From Octopus vulgaris (Eukaryota), in contig OX597831.1 of NCBI GenBank assembly GCA_951406725.2, positions 67,704,001 to 67,768,000 on the forward strand: a DNA stretch of 64,000 nucleotides. The letters run 5' to 3'. Shown here in pieces: positions 25,038 to 39,007 of this stretch. The notes under the pieces are model-generated. The model saw only the letters and a program-made list of their open reading frames with translations, ran no database searches and was not told where the DNA came from. The translations under genes were made by a program, and so were the position numbers. Positions within the stretch are counted from its first letter, which is position 1; each line of letters opens with the position of its first letter.

Positions 25038-26139
25038 CAGGTGTTGGACAAAATATTGAAAACATCTAGCATCAGAGCATCGTAATTTTGAAATATCTAT
25101 AAAACCGTCAAAATCTTGTTTATTTTTATGCTTTTTGATTTATTATTTTTGCTTAATATGTTTTGCTAAAATTGCTGTTTCTTTTCAGATATCATCAGAA
25201 AAAGGTAATTAAAATTCATTAAAATGATAGGATTATCGCATTTCCAAAGAGGTCAAATTGTTGGTGCTCGTATGGCAGGGGCTAGCGTAACGAAAATAGC
25301 CGAAATGCTTGGTGTATCAAGAAGTACTGTTTCGAAAGTAATGACAGCCTTTGAGAAAGTGGGAAAAACTTCCTCGTCGAAACAAAACTCCGAAAGTAAA
25401 CCAAAACTTTCAGATAGGGTCCGTCGGACTCATAGGCAAATTGTTAGAAAGGATCACAAAAGTACAGTTCTCAAGATTACTGCAGAGCTTAATGACCACC
25501 TCGAGAATCCAGTTTCCACAAAAACTGTTCGCCAGCTGCACAAAGCCGGATTTCACAGGAGGGCTGCAATCAGAAAACCACTACTTTCAAAAACAAATGT
25601 TGCAAAGCGTTTAGAGTGGAGTAAAAACCTACAGAATCAGTCCCTAGAGCAGTGGAAGAATGTTATTTTCTCGGACGAGTCATCCGTTACCTTATTTCCG
25701 ACCACCGGCCGAGTATACGTGTGTAGACAGCCAAAAGAAGCATTTGACCTAGACTGCCTTTTTCCAACTGATAAACATGGAGGAGAATCTGTGATGATCT
25801 GGGGTGGTGGGGCTATATCTTGGAAATCCGCCGGCCCAATGGTTTTTGAACATCTTATCTGGCCACCACAGTCCCCAGATCTCAATATTATTGAGCATTT
25901 ATGGTGCATTTTAGAAAAACAAGTAAGGAGTCGATATCCTCCACCATCATCACTACAAGAACTGGAGACTGTTTTAGCTGAAGAATGGACAAAAATTCTT
26001 TTGGAAACAATTCGAACTTTGTATGAGTCCATACCTCGTAGAATTCAAGCTGTAATCACTGCCAAAGGCGGTCCTACTTCATTTTAAAATGAATTTATTT
26101 GAAATATTAAGGTGTTTCCATTATTTTGTCCAACTCCTG
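25038..26139 (+). mobile_element. Tc1-family transposon
   Basis: TIRs caggtgttggacaaaata / tattttgtccaactcctg, TA target duplication. Confidence 0.95.
25224..26087 (+). CDS. Tc1 transposase, open but with an in-frame deletion removing the second catalytic Asp region
   Basis: Paired-like HTH, VIFSDES, WPPQSPDLNIIEHLW. The F.QDNAP.H block is absent (287 aa). Confidence 0.85.
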   Translation: MIGLSHFQRGQIVGARMAGASVTKIAEMLGVSRSTVSKVMTAFEKVGKTSSSKQNSESKPKLSDRVRRTHRQIVRKDHKSTVLKITAELNDHLENPVSTKTVRQLHKAGFHRRAAIRKPLLSKTNVAKRLEWSKNLQNQSLEQWKNVIFSDESSVTLFPTTGRVYVCRQPKEAFDLDCLFPTDKHGGESVMIWGGGAISWKSAGPMVFEHLIWPPQSPDLNIIEHLWCILEKQVRSRYPPPSSLQELETVLAEEWTKILLETIRTLYESIPRRIQAVITAKGGPTSF

Positions 26140-26151
26140 TATGTGTATCTA

Positions 26152-27687
26152 CACAGAACCGCAAAAGAAACGTGATTTTTGTCAAACGTCATTTTTATAT
26201 GGTAAATTCTGAAAATTATTTCAGGGATGTAAGTGTAAATATTCCAAGACATGCTGGTTTATGGCTGAGACCCAAATTGCAGGTAACCTTTCAACTTACC
26301 TGAAACGAGACACCAAAACGAAGCTGCGTTGAATGCCGTGGGTTGCAGTCGCAAACAGTTGTCATGAAAACCGAAATGCACGTGCATCATGTGGAGGTCA
26401 TAGGTATAAAAATCAACATGAACCGCGTTCCTGGCATTCTTAACTTGGACGCATCAGGTATGACCCGATTGTCAGCAGCGCAGGGAGAACACGCTATCGG
26501 CCGATTGCAAGCAGAGCAGCATGCCCTAGTTGTTGCGAAAGCTTACAATGTCCATGTCAGCACCATTTATCACCTGCAACAGCGATACAACAACAACAAC
26601 AGCACTGCAGACCGTGCCCGCAGAGGGTGCTCCCGAGTGACCACGCCCAGGCAAGACCGCTTCATTCACCTGTAACACCTCCATAATCGCTTCAGACCGG
26701 CCAGCGTGACATCTCGCAAGACCATTAGCATTTTACAGCGACGACGCGGCACGACTTCGACTGACCGCTAGCAACATGCGTTGCCGTCGACCTGCTCGAA
26801 GGTCTGTCCTCACCGCCCTCCACCGTCAGGCACGACTACAGCGGGCTACACTGCACCAACATTGGTGGCATCCACAATGGAGGTCGATAATCTTCTCTGA
26901 CGAGAGCCGCTACTGCGTATCCACCTCGGATGGCAGAGTGAGGGTGTGGCATAGGAGAGATGAACGCTACAGAGACACATGTGTCATGGAGAGAGACGCG
27001 TGGGGTAGCCAAAGCATCATGGCTTGGTGTACTATAGGCCTGAATCAGAGAATTGGGCCCCATGTGTTCCAAAATGTTGGTGCAGGCAGAGGGAATGGCA
27101 CCAGAGCGCAGGGTTACGTTGACCAGATTCTAAGACTTCACATAGTACCCTTATTCGCGCGTCATCATAGCAACGTGTTCTAGCAGGACAATGCTCTCTC
27201 CCACATGGTCAGAGTCATCATGGACTTCCTGCATCAGCGCAACATCAGAATCATACCGTGCTCGACTCTTAACCCGGATTTGAACCCAATTGAACACCTG
27301 TGGGATGAAATCCAGAGACGGCTAAACCAGGTAGTACCAAGTACCAAGGCCGACAACTCGTGTGGAACTTGAGACAGCTTTCCTCAAGGTGTGGGCATTG
27401 GTGCCAATGGCTTTTGTGAACCGTCTCATGCACTCCATGTACTGACGGTGTATGGTCGCTCTGAACGCCCTGGGAGGGCATACATGGTATTGAACACGTA
27501 ATGCCCTACAATCTCGATGTGCTGGATCCGCCCACTAACAGAACACATGACAATGACCCATAGACTGTGGTCAAAATGCATCCAAGAAATTGACTTTATC
27601 AGATTTATCAAAATTTATCTCTGACATAATGAAATTAAAACATATTTCACAGTCACAGACGTCCCGCGTTTCTTTTGCGGTTCAGTG
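26152..27687 (+). mobile_element. Second, unrelated Tc1-family transposon with decayed transposase (26460-27493)
   Basis: TIRs cacagaaccgcaaaagaaacg / cgtttcttttgcggttcagtg, TA TSD, IIFSDESR, QDNA, PDLNPIEHLW. Confidence 0.93.
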
Positions 27688-28021
27688 TATATATCAGTTT
27701 CTTTTTGAAAGTGTCTTGAATGCGAATATAACTATAAAAAAAATAGCTCATAATGCATTAGGTTAAGGGAAAAATGTCTTGAACGAAGAAAAGATGGACA
27801 GTCACTCGCGAGACTCGAACTGCGTATTTACTGTAAACGGACGGTGACAGTACCATTATATCAAAGCAACTCTCCGACTTTCTGCAGCCCAAATTCTAAT
27901 CTTACCAGCTGGAAAAGAAGTTTGTTTATCATATTCCGCCCAAGAGGTTTTCTTTTAAACCAATGTAACAATAGGCAATAATTTATAGCAGCATTCACAT
28001 ACAAGTCTCTTCGTAAAAGAG

Positions 28022-28293
28022 GGATCTTTTCGGTTTGAACGGCAGTTTTTAACATAATTTCTAGGTAACTAAAAAATTTTAAACTTCGTATACTGGTAGA
28101 ATGTGTTTATAAAACATCTTTTTCTCTTGGCTTTATTGAGAAAATTCTATAACCCTAACCCTAACCCTGACCCTAACTAACCCTAACCCTAAAACACATT
28201 GAAATGCAATAGATCGATACTTGGGTCATAATTATGGGTGAAAATTTCATATGACACCGCTAGAAAAAACTGCCGTTCAAACCGAAAAGATCC
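28022..28293 (+). mobile_element. Telomere-repeat MITE, internally deleted copy
   Basis: Same TIRs, perfect 8-bp TSD taaaagag. Confidence 0.92.
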
Positions 28294-28338
28294 TAAAAGA
28301 GATTTATTTTTATATCTCTCGATGCTTCTGCAAAAGTT

Positions 28339-28445
<107 letters not shown>

Positions 28446-28758
28446 TTGCTCGTGTGTGTGTATGTAACTGTGTGCATGCATATGTCTATGCATATAAGTA
28501 AATTTCCATTTCCGACGCTGCTACCACCCTCCCCAGCTTTTGGTTTCGAAGCATTAATTTAACAGTTATTACGTAGTAAGTAAGACGCAAATTGGACCAG
28601 AGATGAAAACGACAAAGCAAAAACGCACCAGTATTTCCGCATATTCGATTTTTTAAAATCAATTTCTCATTTTCATCATTTACGTCTTTCCTATGGCCAA
28701 GTAAATTAATAAATAAATAAACTATTTGAAAAAAAAATCTGTTACTGGAAATCTGATA

Positions 28759-29373
28759 TTCTTACATTCTTCTGCATAGTGTATTCTTACATTCTTACAT
28801 TCTTACATTCTTTTGCATAGTGTATTCTTACATTCTTACATTCTTCTGCATAGTGTATTCTTACATTCTTACATTCTTACATTCTTCTGCATAGTGTATT
28901 CGTACATTCTTACATTCTTCTGCATAGTGTATTCTTACATTCTTACATTCTTACATTCTTCTGCATAGTGTGTTCTTACATTCTTACATTCTTCTGCATA
29001 GTGTATTCTTACATTCTTACATTCTTCTGCATAGTGTAGTCTTACATTCTTCTGCATAGTGTATTCTAACATTCTTCTGCATAGTGTATTTTTACATTCT
29101 TACATTTTTACATTCTTCTGCATAGTGTATTCTTACATTCTTACATTCTTCTGCATAGTGTATTCTTACATTCTTACATTCTTACATTCTGCATAGTGTA
29201 GTCTTACATTCTTCTGTATAGTGTATTCTAACATTCTTCTGCATAGTGTATTTTTACATTCTTACATTTTTACATTCTTCTGCATAGTGTATTCTTACAT
29301 TCTTACATTCTTACATTCTTCTGCATAGTGTATTCTTACATTCTTACATTCTTACATTCTTCTGCATAGTGTA
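28759..29373. repeat. Two-module minisatellite (TTCTTACA and TTCTTCTGCATAGTGTA)
   Basis: Direct reading of the tandem units. Confidence 0.95.
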
Positions 29374-29689
29374 GATGTAACTGAGTGCGAATTCGCATGA
29401 GTGTGCATATAGCTGGTATGTAAGCTTTGCGCAGCTTTGGTATAAGCTTACTAGAAATCGCCGTACACATCCACGTACATACAATCGCTTGTATGTATCC
29501 AAGTTAAGCATTAAAATGGATAGAACGAATCTAGTCGTCTCTGACAGCTGGGCTATGCATTTAAAAATTCTGGGACACACCCTCGCAATATGCAACAATT
29601 CCATGAAAATTCAGTCTTTGATCACAAATTCTGTCTTTGATTTGGAAATCGAGAAGCAAAATAACTCGAACGCTCTGACTTCAATGTCG

Positions 29690-29845
29690 TTTAAAGCGAT
29701 TATGGAGGTGTTACAGGTGAATGAAGCGGTCTTGCCTGGACGTGGTCACTCGGAAGCACCCTCTGCGGGCACGGTCTGCAGTGCTGTTGGTGTTGTTGTA
29801 TCGCTGTTGCAGATGATAGATGATGCTGACATGGACATTGTAAGT
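29690..29845 (-). mobile_element. Inverted fragment of the second Tc1 element
   Basis: Reverse complement matches ~26541-26692. Confidence 0.85.
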
Positions 29846-30296
29846 CTCTCAATTTGTCACAAACTACGTCATTATTCAAAGATCACTATTATTATAAAAA
29901 CGCAAAACAAAATGATAAAAAATAATTATTATTCAATGCTGCCAAACAATTGACCATGTATAAGAGAGATACAGTTTTCGTGTATTCTCACAAAAAAACC
30001 CCAGTACTTTCGTCTTGTTATAGTGATAAATTAGATACGTTACACAAAAATTCTAGTGTTCAGAAAAGTCATCTTATTGATTCCACATTTTTTGTACACG
30101 TAATAAAAATGGGTTAGTAACTTTCGTCGGGAATAATTGTGATAATCGTTTTGTTCAGCATTTTAGAAGTTTAAGTTTTCTAATCTCCAGAAACCTTGCG
30201 AGAAATGCTTACATTCGTTTACAAGATTATCTGCACGTCTTTATAAAGGTGGGTGGTTGCTAGAAAGTATGTATGTTTGTATGTAGGTACGTATGG

Positions 30297-30636
30297 AGGA
30301 GACGCCCTTCGGTCATAAATGGCCATGGGGTTGCACCTAGAAAGTTACCTTCCGAGGCACAAGTCCAGGCAACGTTGTTTATGGAAGGCCAGCAGTCGCC
30401 CATGCATATCAGCCTCACCTCTCCACACCACTGATGTTATCCAAGGGAAAGGCAAAGGGGCCGATACAGCTTGCTACCAGTGACGTCGCAACTCATTTCT
30501 ACAGCTGAGTTAACTGGAGCAATGTGAAATAAAGTGTCTTGCTCAAGAACACAACACGCAGCCCGGTCCGGGAACGAACTCACAACTTCACGATCGTAAG
30601 CTCGACGCTCTAATCACTGAGCCATGCACCTTCACT
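30297..30636 (-). mobile_element. tRNA-derived SINE with RTE-like tail
   Basis: Minus-strand head tggctcagtgattagagc..gagttcgttccc, bounded by (CATA)n. Confidence 0.75.
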
Positions 30637-30642
30637 AAACGT

Positions 30643-31285
30643 ATACATACATACATACATACACGCATACATACATACATACATACATACATACATACAT
30701 ACATACACATACATACACACACATACATACATACATACATACACATACACACACATACATACATACGTACACACATACATACATACACACATACATACAT
30801 ACATACACACATACATACATACATACATACACACATACATACATGCATACATACACACACACATGCATACATACATACACATACATACATACATACACAC
30901 ATGCATACATACACACATAGATACATACATACACACATACATACACACATACATACATACATACATACATATATACATACATGCATGCATGCATACATAC
31001 ACACATACATACATACATACAAACATACATACGTACACGCATACACGCATACATACATACATACATACATACATACATACATACATACACGCATACATAC
31101 ATACATACATACATACATACATACATACATACATACATACATACATACATACATACATACATACATACATACATACATACATACATACATACACGCCTAC
31201 ATACATACGTACATACATACATACATAGATACATGCATACATACATACATACACACATACATACATACACGCATACATATATACA
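30643..31285. repeat. Long (CATA)n/(CA)n microsatellite
   Basis: Direct reading. Confidence 0.97.
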
Positions 31286-31966
31286 TGCGTGCTTGTGTGT
31301 GTGTGTGTGTGTTTTAGTGAGAGGCAATTCTATATTGCTGTTTCGGTTTAGTATTCATGAAAACTTATCTTTACTCTTTGAGATGACAGAAAATACTTCT
31401 GTGTTAATTTGACGGGAATTTGTACAGCTTAGATTACTCGACAGTGTTCGATCCATCTGAGGATTGCAGAGGTTTCATGTAATTTTACTGCTGCAATCGC
31501 GCTTGTACAGCAGATGAAAGTCTTTAATGATAGTATTTATTCGTTTTATAATCTTGATATTTTTAAGAGAATATTTTCCTTCAAAACAGCTTTGGACTGC
31601 AATCGTAATAGGTTGTATTTTCTTGTGTTTTTTTTTCAATGTATATTTAAGTTCCAAGCATCAAGATGACTAAAAAACACATCTCTAAAGCTCTTCAGGC
31701 ATATGATTCTTATTACGCCAAAAAATCGTCGACATTCTTGTAGATATTAACCAGTTTCGGTAGATGTTTCTAAACAGGAAATGACTTCGTATGAATGTTA
31801 TATTATCTTATCGTATCCACAGCTTACTACATGCTACAGGATATAAAGGAAGTAACAAATTCAATTATCATAAAATTCAATTTACAAAGAGATTTAATAT
31901 GACTATCACCAATTTTTAATATTGACTATAAAATTAAAACAAAAAATTAAAACAAAAAAGTTGAGT

Positions 31967-32476
31967 TTTATATATATAAAACTCAACTTGTGTGTCTATG
32001 TGTGTATCTATGTGTGTGTGTCTGTGTGTTTAACTTCCCGGCACATCTCCTCCTAGCCAACAAATCGTAGAACCACAAAAAATGGGTCACTTAAAGTTTA
32101 GGCGAATGAAAATTGAACTGCGCTATTTCTGTTCCGAAATTCATCTCGCAAGTGCAAAAATTGATAATGTGTTTGTTTAGGCCTTATCCCATGCATTTAA
32201 TAGTGAACTTTACTCAGTCAGCTGTTTGACGTGAACTGTGTTCACCAGGCGTGCAAGCATGCGTAAATTGCATGAAAAATAAAAATCAAGATATAAAAAC
32301 GAATCGCTGTAAACATTGTAGAAATTCAGCAAAGAAATTAATTTTTGGGATGTAGCCTGGAGGGTTTTTTCGTATTAATCGTTTGGACTTTGTGAACACA
32401 TACCAATTGTTTTCATAACATTTTTAACGCTTTGAATTAAATGTGACCATTTTGCAAAGCCGGGCAATACTGCTAG
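31967..32476 (+). mobile_element. Probable non-autonomous Helitron
   Basis: 5' tatatatataaaa plus (TG/TC) repeat, 3' gcaaagccgggcaatactgCTAG|T. Confidence 0.55.
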
Positions 32477-32519
32477 TAAAATATAAAATTAAAGGCGAGA
32501 ACATATATTAACCTCTACT

Positions 32520-33062
32520 TAGACGACTTTGAAACTTATTTCCTTCTAAGTTAATACAATAGGTCTAAATCCGATCGGACTAAACTGTCCATTTTTGCCT
32601 CACCTTCTGTGAACTTCAAGTCGTCAATGAATAGTAGGTAGTTAAGTTTTCCCTCCCCATTTCCCAAATCGTACCCCAACTTTGTCTTCTGCAATATTTC
32701 ACTCAAGGAGATCATTCCCAGCACAAAGATCAATGGGGATACACTGTACTCCTGCAAGATTCCTCTCCTGATTTTCACTTCTCCTCATACTTGATTTCTT
32801 GCTGTCAATTCAGTTCTGCAACATTTCATAGTTCCACACAAGGCATCTCATATTTTCTGCTATTCCATACATTTCTATACTTCTTGTTATCCAAGATGAG
32901 ATATCAAATCGTATGCTTTACGATGATCAATCCAAACCATGCTCGCGTTTGTGCGATTTCTCTTGCAGTTTCTGATAATTAGTTTATCAATTAATAGCTG
33001 ATCTTTCTTTCCCTGGCTCCTCTTTCGGCACCCCTTCTGCTCAATAAGTAGAAGCCCTCTTT
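32520..33062 (-). pseudogene. Degenerate R4/Dong-like RT fragment
   Basis: EQKGCRK..KDQLLIDK..WIDHRKAYD and IRRGILQ..SPLIF..LLFIDDLK. Confidence 0.75.
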
Positions 33063-33289
33063 TTTCGCGACGGACGATGCAAGTACAAGTAACAACATTA
33101 GCAACATCAACAAAATCAGCAGCACCATCAACATCTACAACAATAGCAACGGTGACAACAACAACAACAACAACAACGAAAGAAGTGAGAAACAAACCGG
33201 TGCAACAGTTTGGAATAACTTTAAACTTTCCTTCGCTGGAGTTACCAAGTCATCTCATCAGAGAATACAATTCTCTGAAGAAGAACCTA

Positions 33290-34940
33290 AAAATGCCAGG
33301 CATCTAGTCAAGAGAGACGGGCTAGCTTTGAAGCTAAATGCCCCCTTTGAGACTATCCAGGATACGATATGTCGCACACTGACATACCTTACAATCAGAT
33401 TAAAATCAAGGAGGGTAGAAAGAGCCACAGAGGCTCAAATGCAAAAAGCTTTAGGTTCCTTCTTGAATCTAAAGGAATATATACAGAGAGGAAGGGGCTA
33501 TGAGATGGTGGAGGTCAGATTTCACACAGAGGAAGAAGCGAAATATCACTCTCTGAATCGCCTCATAAGCGAGGGGTCAGAGACTGGCCAAAATCATCAT
33601 TCACCAGGTGCCGCCAGAAATAGCCATTCCTTGGCTAATTGCCTCAGTAACGATAGGCATCGAGGAAAACTCGAAAATCCTCGAAGTCTATCAGACCAAA
33701 AAGGAGCACAGGTCCGGGATGACGTTAGAGGTCCTTATCCAAACGACCCAAAACAATGTGGATCTCATCCCGGACTAGATCCTTCTTTCTGGAGGCAGCA
33801 AAATTCCAGTCAGGGTAGATGAAAGGAAAGCAAAGTGTCATATTTGATTTTCGACTAATTATTTAAAAGTTTTTTGCCCTAGATTGAAGGAAAAAGAGAG
33901 GGGGCACCTCTCCTCCCTACACCAATAACGGCTACCAAAATTCGAGCGACAACAGCAGAAGCACCATAACCGTCAGCAGATTCAGCTGTGGAACCAGCGA
34001 CACCAACCATACCGACACCGAGTTTTCCCAAACACTTCTCAGTGCCCGAAGATGTTCCACTTCCGGATGCGGAGCGGGTGGACATCACAAGTGGAGAGTC
34101 GGACCGCTATGAGGAGTGGAAGTTGAAAACAAAAAAAAAAAATGGAAAAGAGACAGAAAAAAAACAAACATATGGACAAACAACAACAATCCCCATCCAC
34201 ACAAGAAGTGGAAAGACGAAAATCAAAACAACAAAAACAAATACACCCAAAACAAACACTGCATTAACACCACCACCTCTAACACCTGAAACACAAGCCA
34301 CCCCACAACCACAGGCACCATCACAACAACAGCAACAAACACAAATTAAAGAGACCAGCGTTACAAACTACATGGCAATAAGCACAAAAAACAATGAATT
34401 AATGAAGTACATAATAACACACACACAAACAAACATTACGCCAGAAGATTTTATTGCACTCACAATCTCCCTACATGCGCACATACAAATCATTCAAACA
34501 ATACAAAAACATATACACACTTAAAAACCCAATTCCCACAGGAAATCGGATATTTTCGAGGGAATATCACCAAGAGAATTCTTGGTGATTTAGTAATGAA
34601 AACACCCCAAACCGAAAAGATCCGACAGTTCTTTACAAAATAATTGGAATAAAAATTAGAAGAATAAATACAGGCAACATACCAGCAGATAGAAAAATAT
34701 CTGTGACCAATTTGAAAGAACAAAACTTATATAGTCAGGGGGAAAAATATAGGACTGTCGAAGTGGGGTACATTTCAGAGGAGGAGGCCAAAAATTACTC
34801 AGCAGCCCACCCTATTGTGTAATGAACTCATCTTCATGCCCATTTCCCTTGGCTGGAGGGTGTTCAAAAGAAGAATGCTAGACATAGTACCAGAAATCAA
34901 CATCTGCTGGTTGGTGGTCACGGTTCTCTTCAACATGGTT
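33290..34940 (+). pseudogene. Probable LINE ORF1-like (RRM-like plus low-complexity) remnants
   Basis: YIQRGRGYEMVEVRFHTEEEAK and a diverged second copy near 34725. T/P/Q-rich stretch. Family not certain. Confidence 0.45.
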
Positions 34941-35054
34941 GTGATGCGTGTTCCTAATGTACTCCTATCAGACTGGTAGTCTTGATGGTTATGTTTGGTT
35001 TCGTATATTTGTTCCCTAGGGTCACTTTGATGTCATGTGCTGCTCTCTAACGCA

Positions 35055-35088
35055 ATGATAATAATGATGATGATGATGATGATGATGA

Positions 35089-35175
<87 letters not shown>
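35055..35175. repeat. (GAT)n(ACT)n(AAT)n compound microsatellite
   Basis: Direct reading. Confidence 0.95.
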
Positions 35176-36494
35176 GTTATTCTTTTATTGGCCAGAAGGA
35201 CTAATAAATACAAACATACAATAACATTAAGGGACATACAATAACATTAAAAGTCAAAAACCGGACGATACAATAGGTTTTGACGTTCGTGTACACAGTA
35301 AATAACAATAAAAAAAATAAACAAGGGGCAGGCGCTTTTGAGGAAGTTCCGGTTTTATCTTCACTATTTCCGACAGTTCCAGTCCAGCATCAACAATCAC
35401 CATCCTTATCACTGTCTTCATCATAGTCATAAGGCCTATTAATTACGAAAGTATTAGAAAAGTAGCTAAGAAAAGTGTTGGCTACTGCCCGTAAGAGTTT
35501 TGTGGAAAATCGTCGTAAACATTATTGTCGGAAACATCTTGGTTGAAAGACATTCTCTAAAAGAACAACTGGTTAGAAGAACAAATTAATCCTAAACATA
35601 TTAGTCGAAGAAGAAGCGGAATATTCGCTCAAATTTCGATATTCTTCAAAGCGATAGAAAAAAAAATGTTTTATTAATATTTGAATTATCTGTCAAAATC
35701 TCTAAGTCTTAAAATTTAGAAATTATTAGCATAAACATAAGAAGTTATGGTTGATATATGATTTTTAAAAATCTGACGCTGACTGAAGTTGTTTGCAAAA
35801 ACCATGAAATATAAACATTTATGACACCAAATCAATAGCATTTTTAAAGAAAGATGCAATTGACGCAATCGACATCAACTGCTTAAATATCGATCCGGTA
35901 CTTAGTATCCATTGATTGTTCTGGTCGTTTGTCTATGCTAGAAGTATTGGATCTTTTCGGTTTGAACGGCAGTTTTTTCAAGCGGTGTCATATGAAATTG
36001 TCACCCATAATTACAACCCTAGTATCGATCTATTGCATTTCTATCTGTTTTAGGGTTAGTGTTAGTTAGGGTTAGGGGTGGGAGGAAGGGTATCTTTTTT
36101 TCTTCACAAATGTAAATAAACCCAATCTGTTTCTTAAACGAGGGACATATTCATACGGCACAGAATGTTTTTTTTTACCTCAATGGACGTCATTGAAATT
36201 GCAGAAATTGAAGAAAAACAACAACAAATATCTTACAAACTATAGAATTTTCTCAATAAAGCCAAGAGAAAAAGGTGTTTTATAAACACATTCTACCAGT
36301 ATACGAAGTTTAAAATTTTTTAGTTACCTAGAAATTATGTTAAAAACTGCCGTTTAAAAACTACGGGGGGAAGGGTATCTTTTTTCTTCACAAATGTAAA
36401 TAAACCCAATCTGTTTCTTAAATGAGGGACATATTCATACGGCACAGAATGTTTTTTTACCTTAATGGACGTCATTGATTGGTTGAAATTGCAG

Positions 36495-38954
36495 ATACAT
36501 TCTCAACACAAAAAAAATATCAGAAATAGAAATAGAACACCTAAAAGAAAACATACACCAGGAAAATGTAGGTAGAAGCCGCACAACAATCCCCAATAAT
36601 ATAAACACTGAAACTGTAAAACACGAAGACAAACGCAACATTCCCAACAAACACGATGTAAACAACGAAGGGGAGCCTAATGATTATGATAATATAAAAA
36701 ATAAAATAATCAAAGAACTGAAAACCACAGAGCTCACAATGGACCACCGACCATACCTCCCAAGAATCAAAATAAACAAAATAACAACACCTATTATAAA
36801 CAGCATAAACCTAGCCGTCACTGAACTGATAGCCACTGAATAAAAAAAAAGTGATATCACTGAGCTAAATAACCTAATATACGCAGCAGCCACTGCAGCC
36901 ACAAAAGAAGCTGGATACTCACCCAAACCCGCCCAAACAGGAGTACCACCACCCAAACAAACTCTGTGGATAAATAACATCCAAAGCAAAATAAAAAAAA
37001 ATAGAAAAGACCTATCGATTCTTAATGAAATCAGCAAAGAATCAACGCTACTGAGCAACAAAAAGAGAACAAAAATACTCCGCAAATATAACATCACAGA
37101 AAAAGATTTGCCTGAAATAAAAGAAAAGCTGGAGTAAGATATCCTTGCCAAAGCACAAAGGATCCGCCGGTACAAGAAACGCCAACACTTCTTTGAAGAA
37201 AACAAAAAGTTCAACTCCAACCCCAAAAGTTCTACCAAGAACTGGGCAAAAATAAAATAGAAGTCACTGCAGCACCAACGGCAGAAGAATTGGAAGAATT
37301 CTGGGGAGAAATATGGTCGGCGAACGAACCACCAAAAAAAGGAGTATCAAAATAACAAACTCGGCATCTGAACAAACTTGGACCCCCCCATAACAACTGA
37401 AGAGGTCACCCAGGCACTGCAAAGACTAAGCAACTGGAAGGCACCTGGGCATGACAAGATCCCCAACTTCTGGTTGAAATATCTAACAGGAATGCACAAA
37501 AAGCTGGCTGAAAATTTTAACAACGTACTAGCAGAGCCAGAGACAATGCCTGAATGGCTCACGAAGGGGAAAACCATCTTAATTCCCAAATCAAATGAAA
37601 CAGAAAAACCAGAAAACTACAGACCAATAACCTGCCTCCCTACTATGTTCAAGGCATTTACTGCAGTGATATCACAAAGGCTGAACAAGCACCTGGACGA
37701 AAACAAACTGTTCCCAGAAGAGCAGAAAGGATGCCGCAAAGGCTCATATGGCTGTAAAGATCAACTAATGATTAATAAAGCCATAACTGAAGACAGCCAC
37801 AGAAAGAAGAAAGGCCTCAGTATGGCCTGGATTGACTACAAAAAGGCGTTTGATAGCATCCCCCACACATGGATCCTCGAAACACTAGCGGCAGATAGCG
37901 GCAAAACACGAGCAAAACAAAAAACTGTTCTCAGTATTTAAGGAAGCTGACAAATACAAACAAGAAATCATACCACCTAATAAACATGAAGAAGAAGAAG
38001 AAGAAGAAGATGAAGAAACAACAAACGCTATAAAAAAAATGAAATCCAAACTAAAAATAGAACAGCAACGAACCATGATAAAACGATGGCAAGAAAAGCC
38101 CCTTCATGGTAAATACTGGACTAAACTAAACGCAAAAGAAATAGACAAAGAAAAATCCCAGCAATGGTTGAGAAGCTCAGGACTCAAAGCAGAAACAGAG
38201 GGATTTTTAATTGCAGCACAAGACCAAAGCCTCCCCACCAGAAATTACCAAAAACATGTAATGAAAAGAAATATTACAAGTAACTGCAGAATATGTGGAG
38301 ATGGACAAGAAACAATAAATCATATTATCTCTAGCTGCCCAGTCCTGGCTAAGAAGGAATATATTCACAGACATGACAGAGTTGGAACTTACATACATTG
38401 GAAGCTATGCCAACATTATGGAATAACAACAGAAAAAAGATGGTATAGGCACACACCAGAAAAGGTCACAGAAAACGAGAAAGCAACCATACTCTGGGAT
38501 ATGCCGATACACACAGATAGAGAAATTAAGGCCAACAGACCAGATATAGATGTCAGAGACCATGAAGAAAAAAAATGCTTTCTAATTGATGTATCAGTAC
38601 CGGCAGATGACAACGTGTCTCTAAAAGAAATGGAGAAACTCTCAAAATACAAAGACCTGGAAATAGAGGTAACTAGAATGTGGAATCTGAAAACAGAAAC
38701 AATTCCTATCATAGTAGGTGCATTAGGCATGATAAAAAAATATTCAGACAAATACATAACAAAAACACCAGGACTTACAAACACATATAACATACAGAAA
38801 ATTGCACTACTAGGCACTGCACACATCCTACGCAGAACACTTTCCAAACAATAACCATCAGAGCATCACAACAAATCACAGCACATACCCAAGGCACACA
38901 GAGCTGCGCTCGGTAGTGAAGTGAAAGCACGCTATAAAAATAAAAATAAAACTA

Positions 38955-39007
<53 letters not shown>

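Noticed and set aside
28759-29373. CRISPR-like periodicity
   Set aside because: There are no unique spacers and the context is eukaryotic. It is a minisatellite.
29489-29953. 154-aa ORF with an apparent GTAAGT donor at ~29840
   Set aside because: The GC-richer core is the antisense of a Tc1 transposase fragment, not a host exon.
30588-31412. Long ORFs (MYVC/HTYI repeats) in several frames
   Set aside because: These are translations of (CATA)n. The same applies to the TA, CA and GA microsatellite ORFs across the window.
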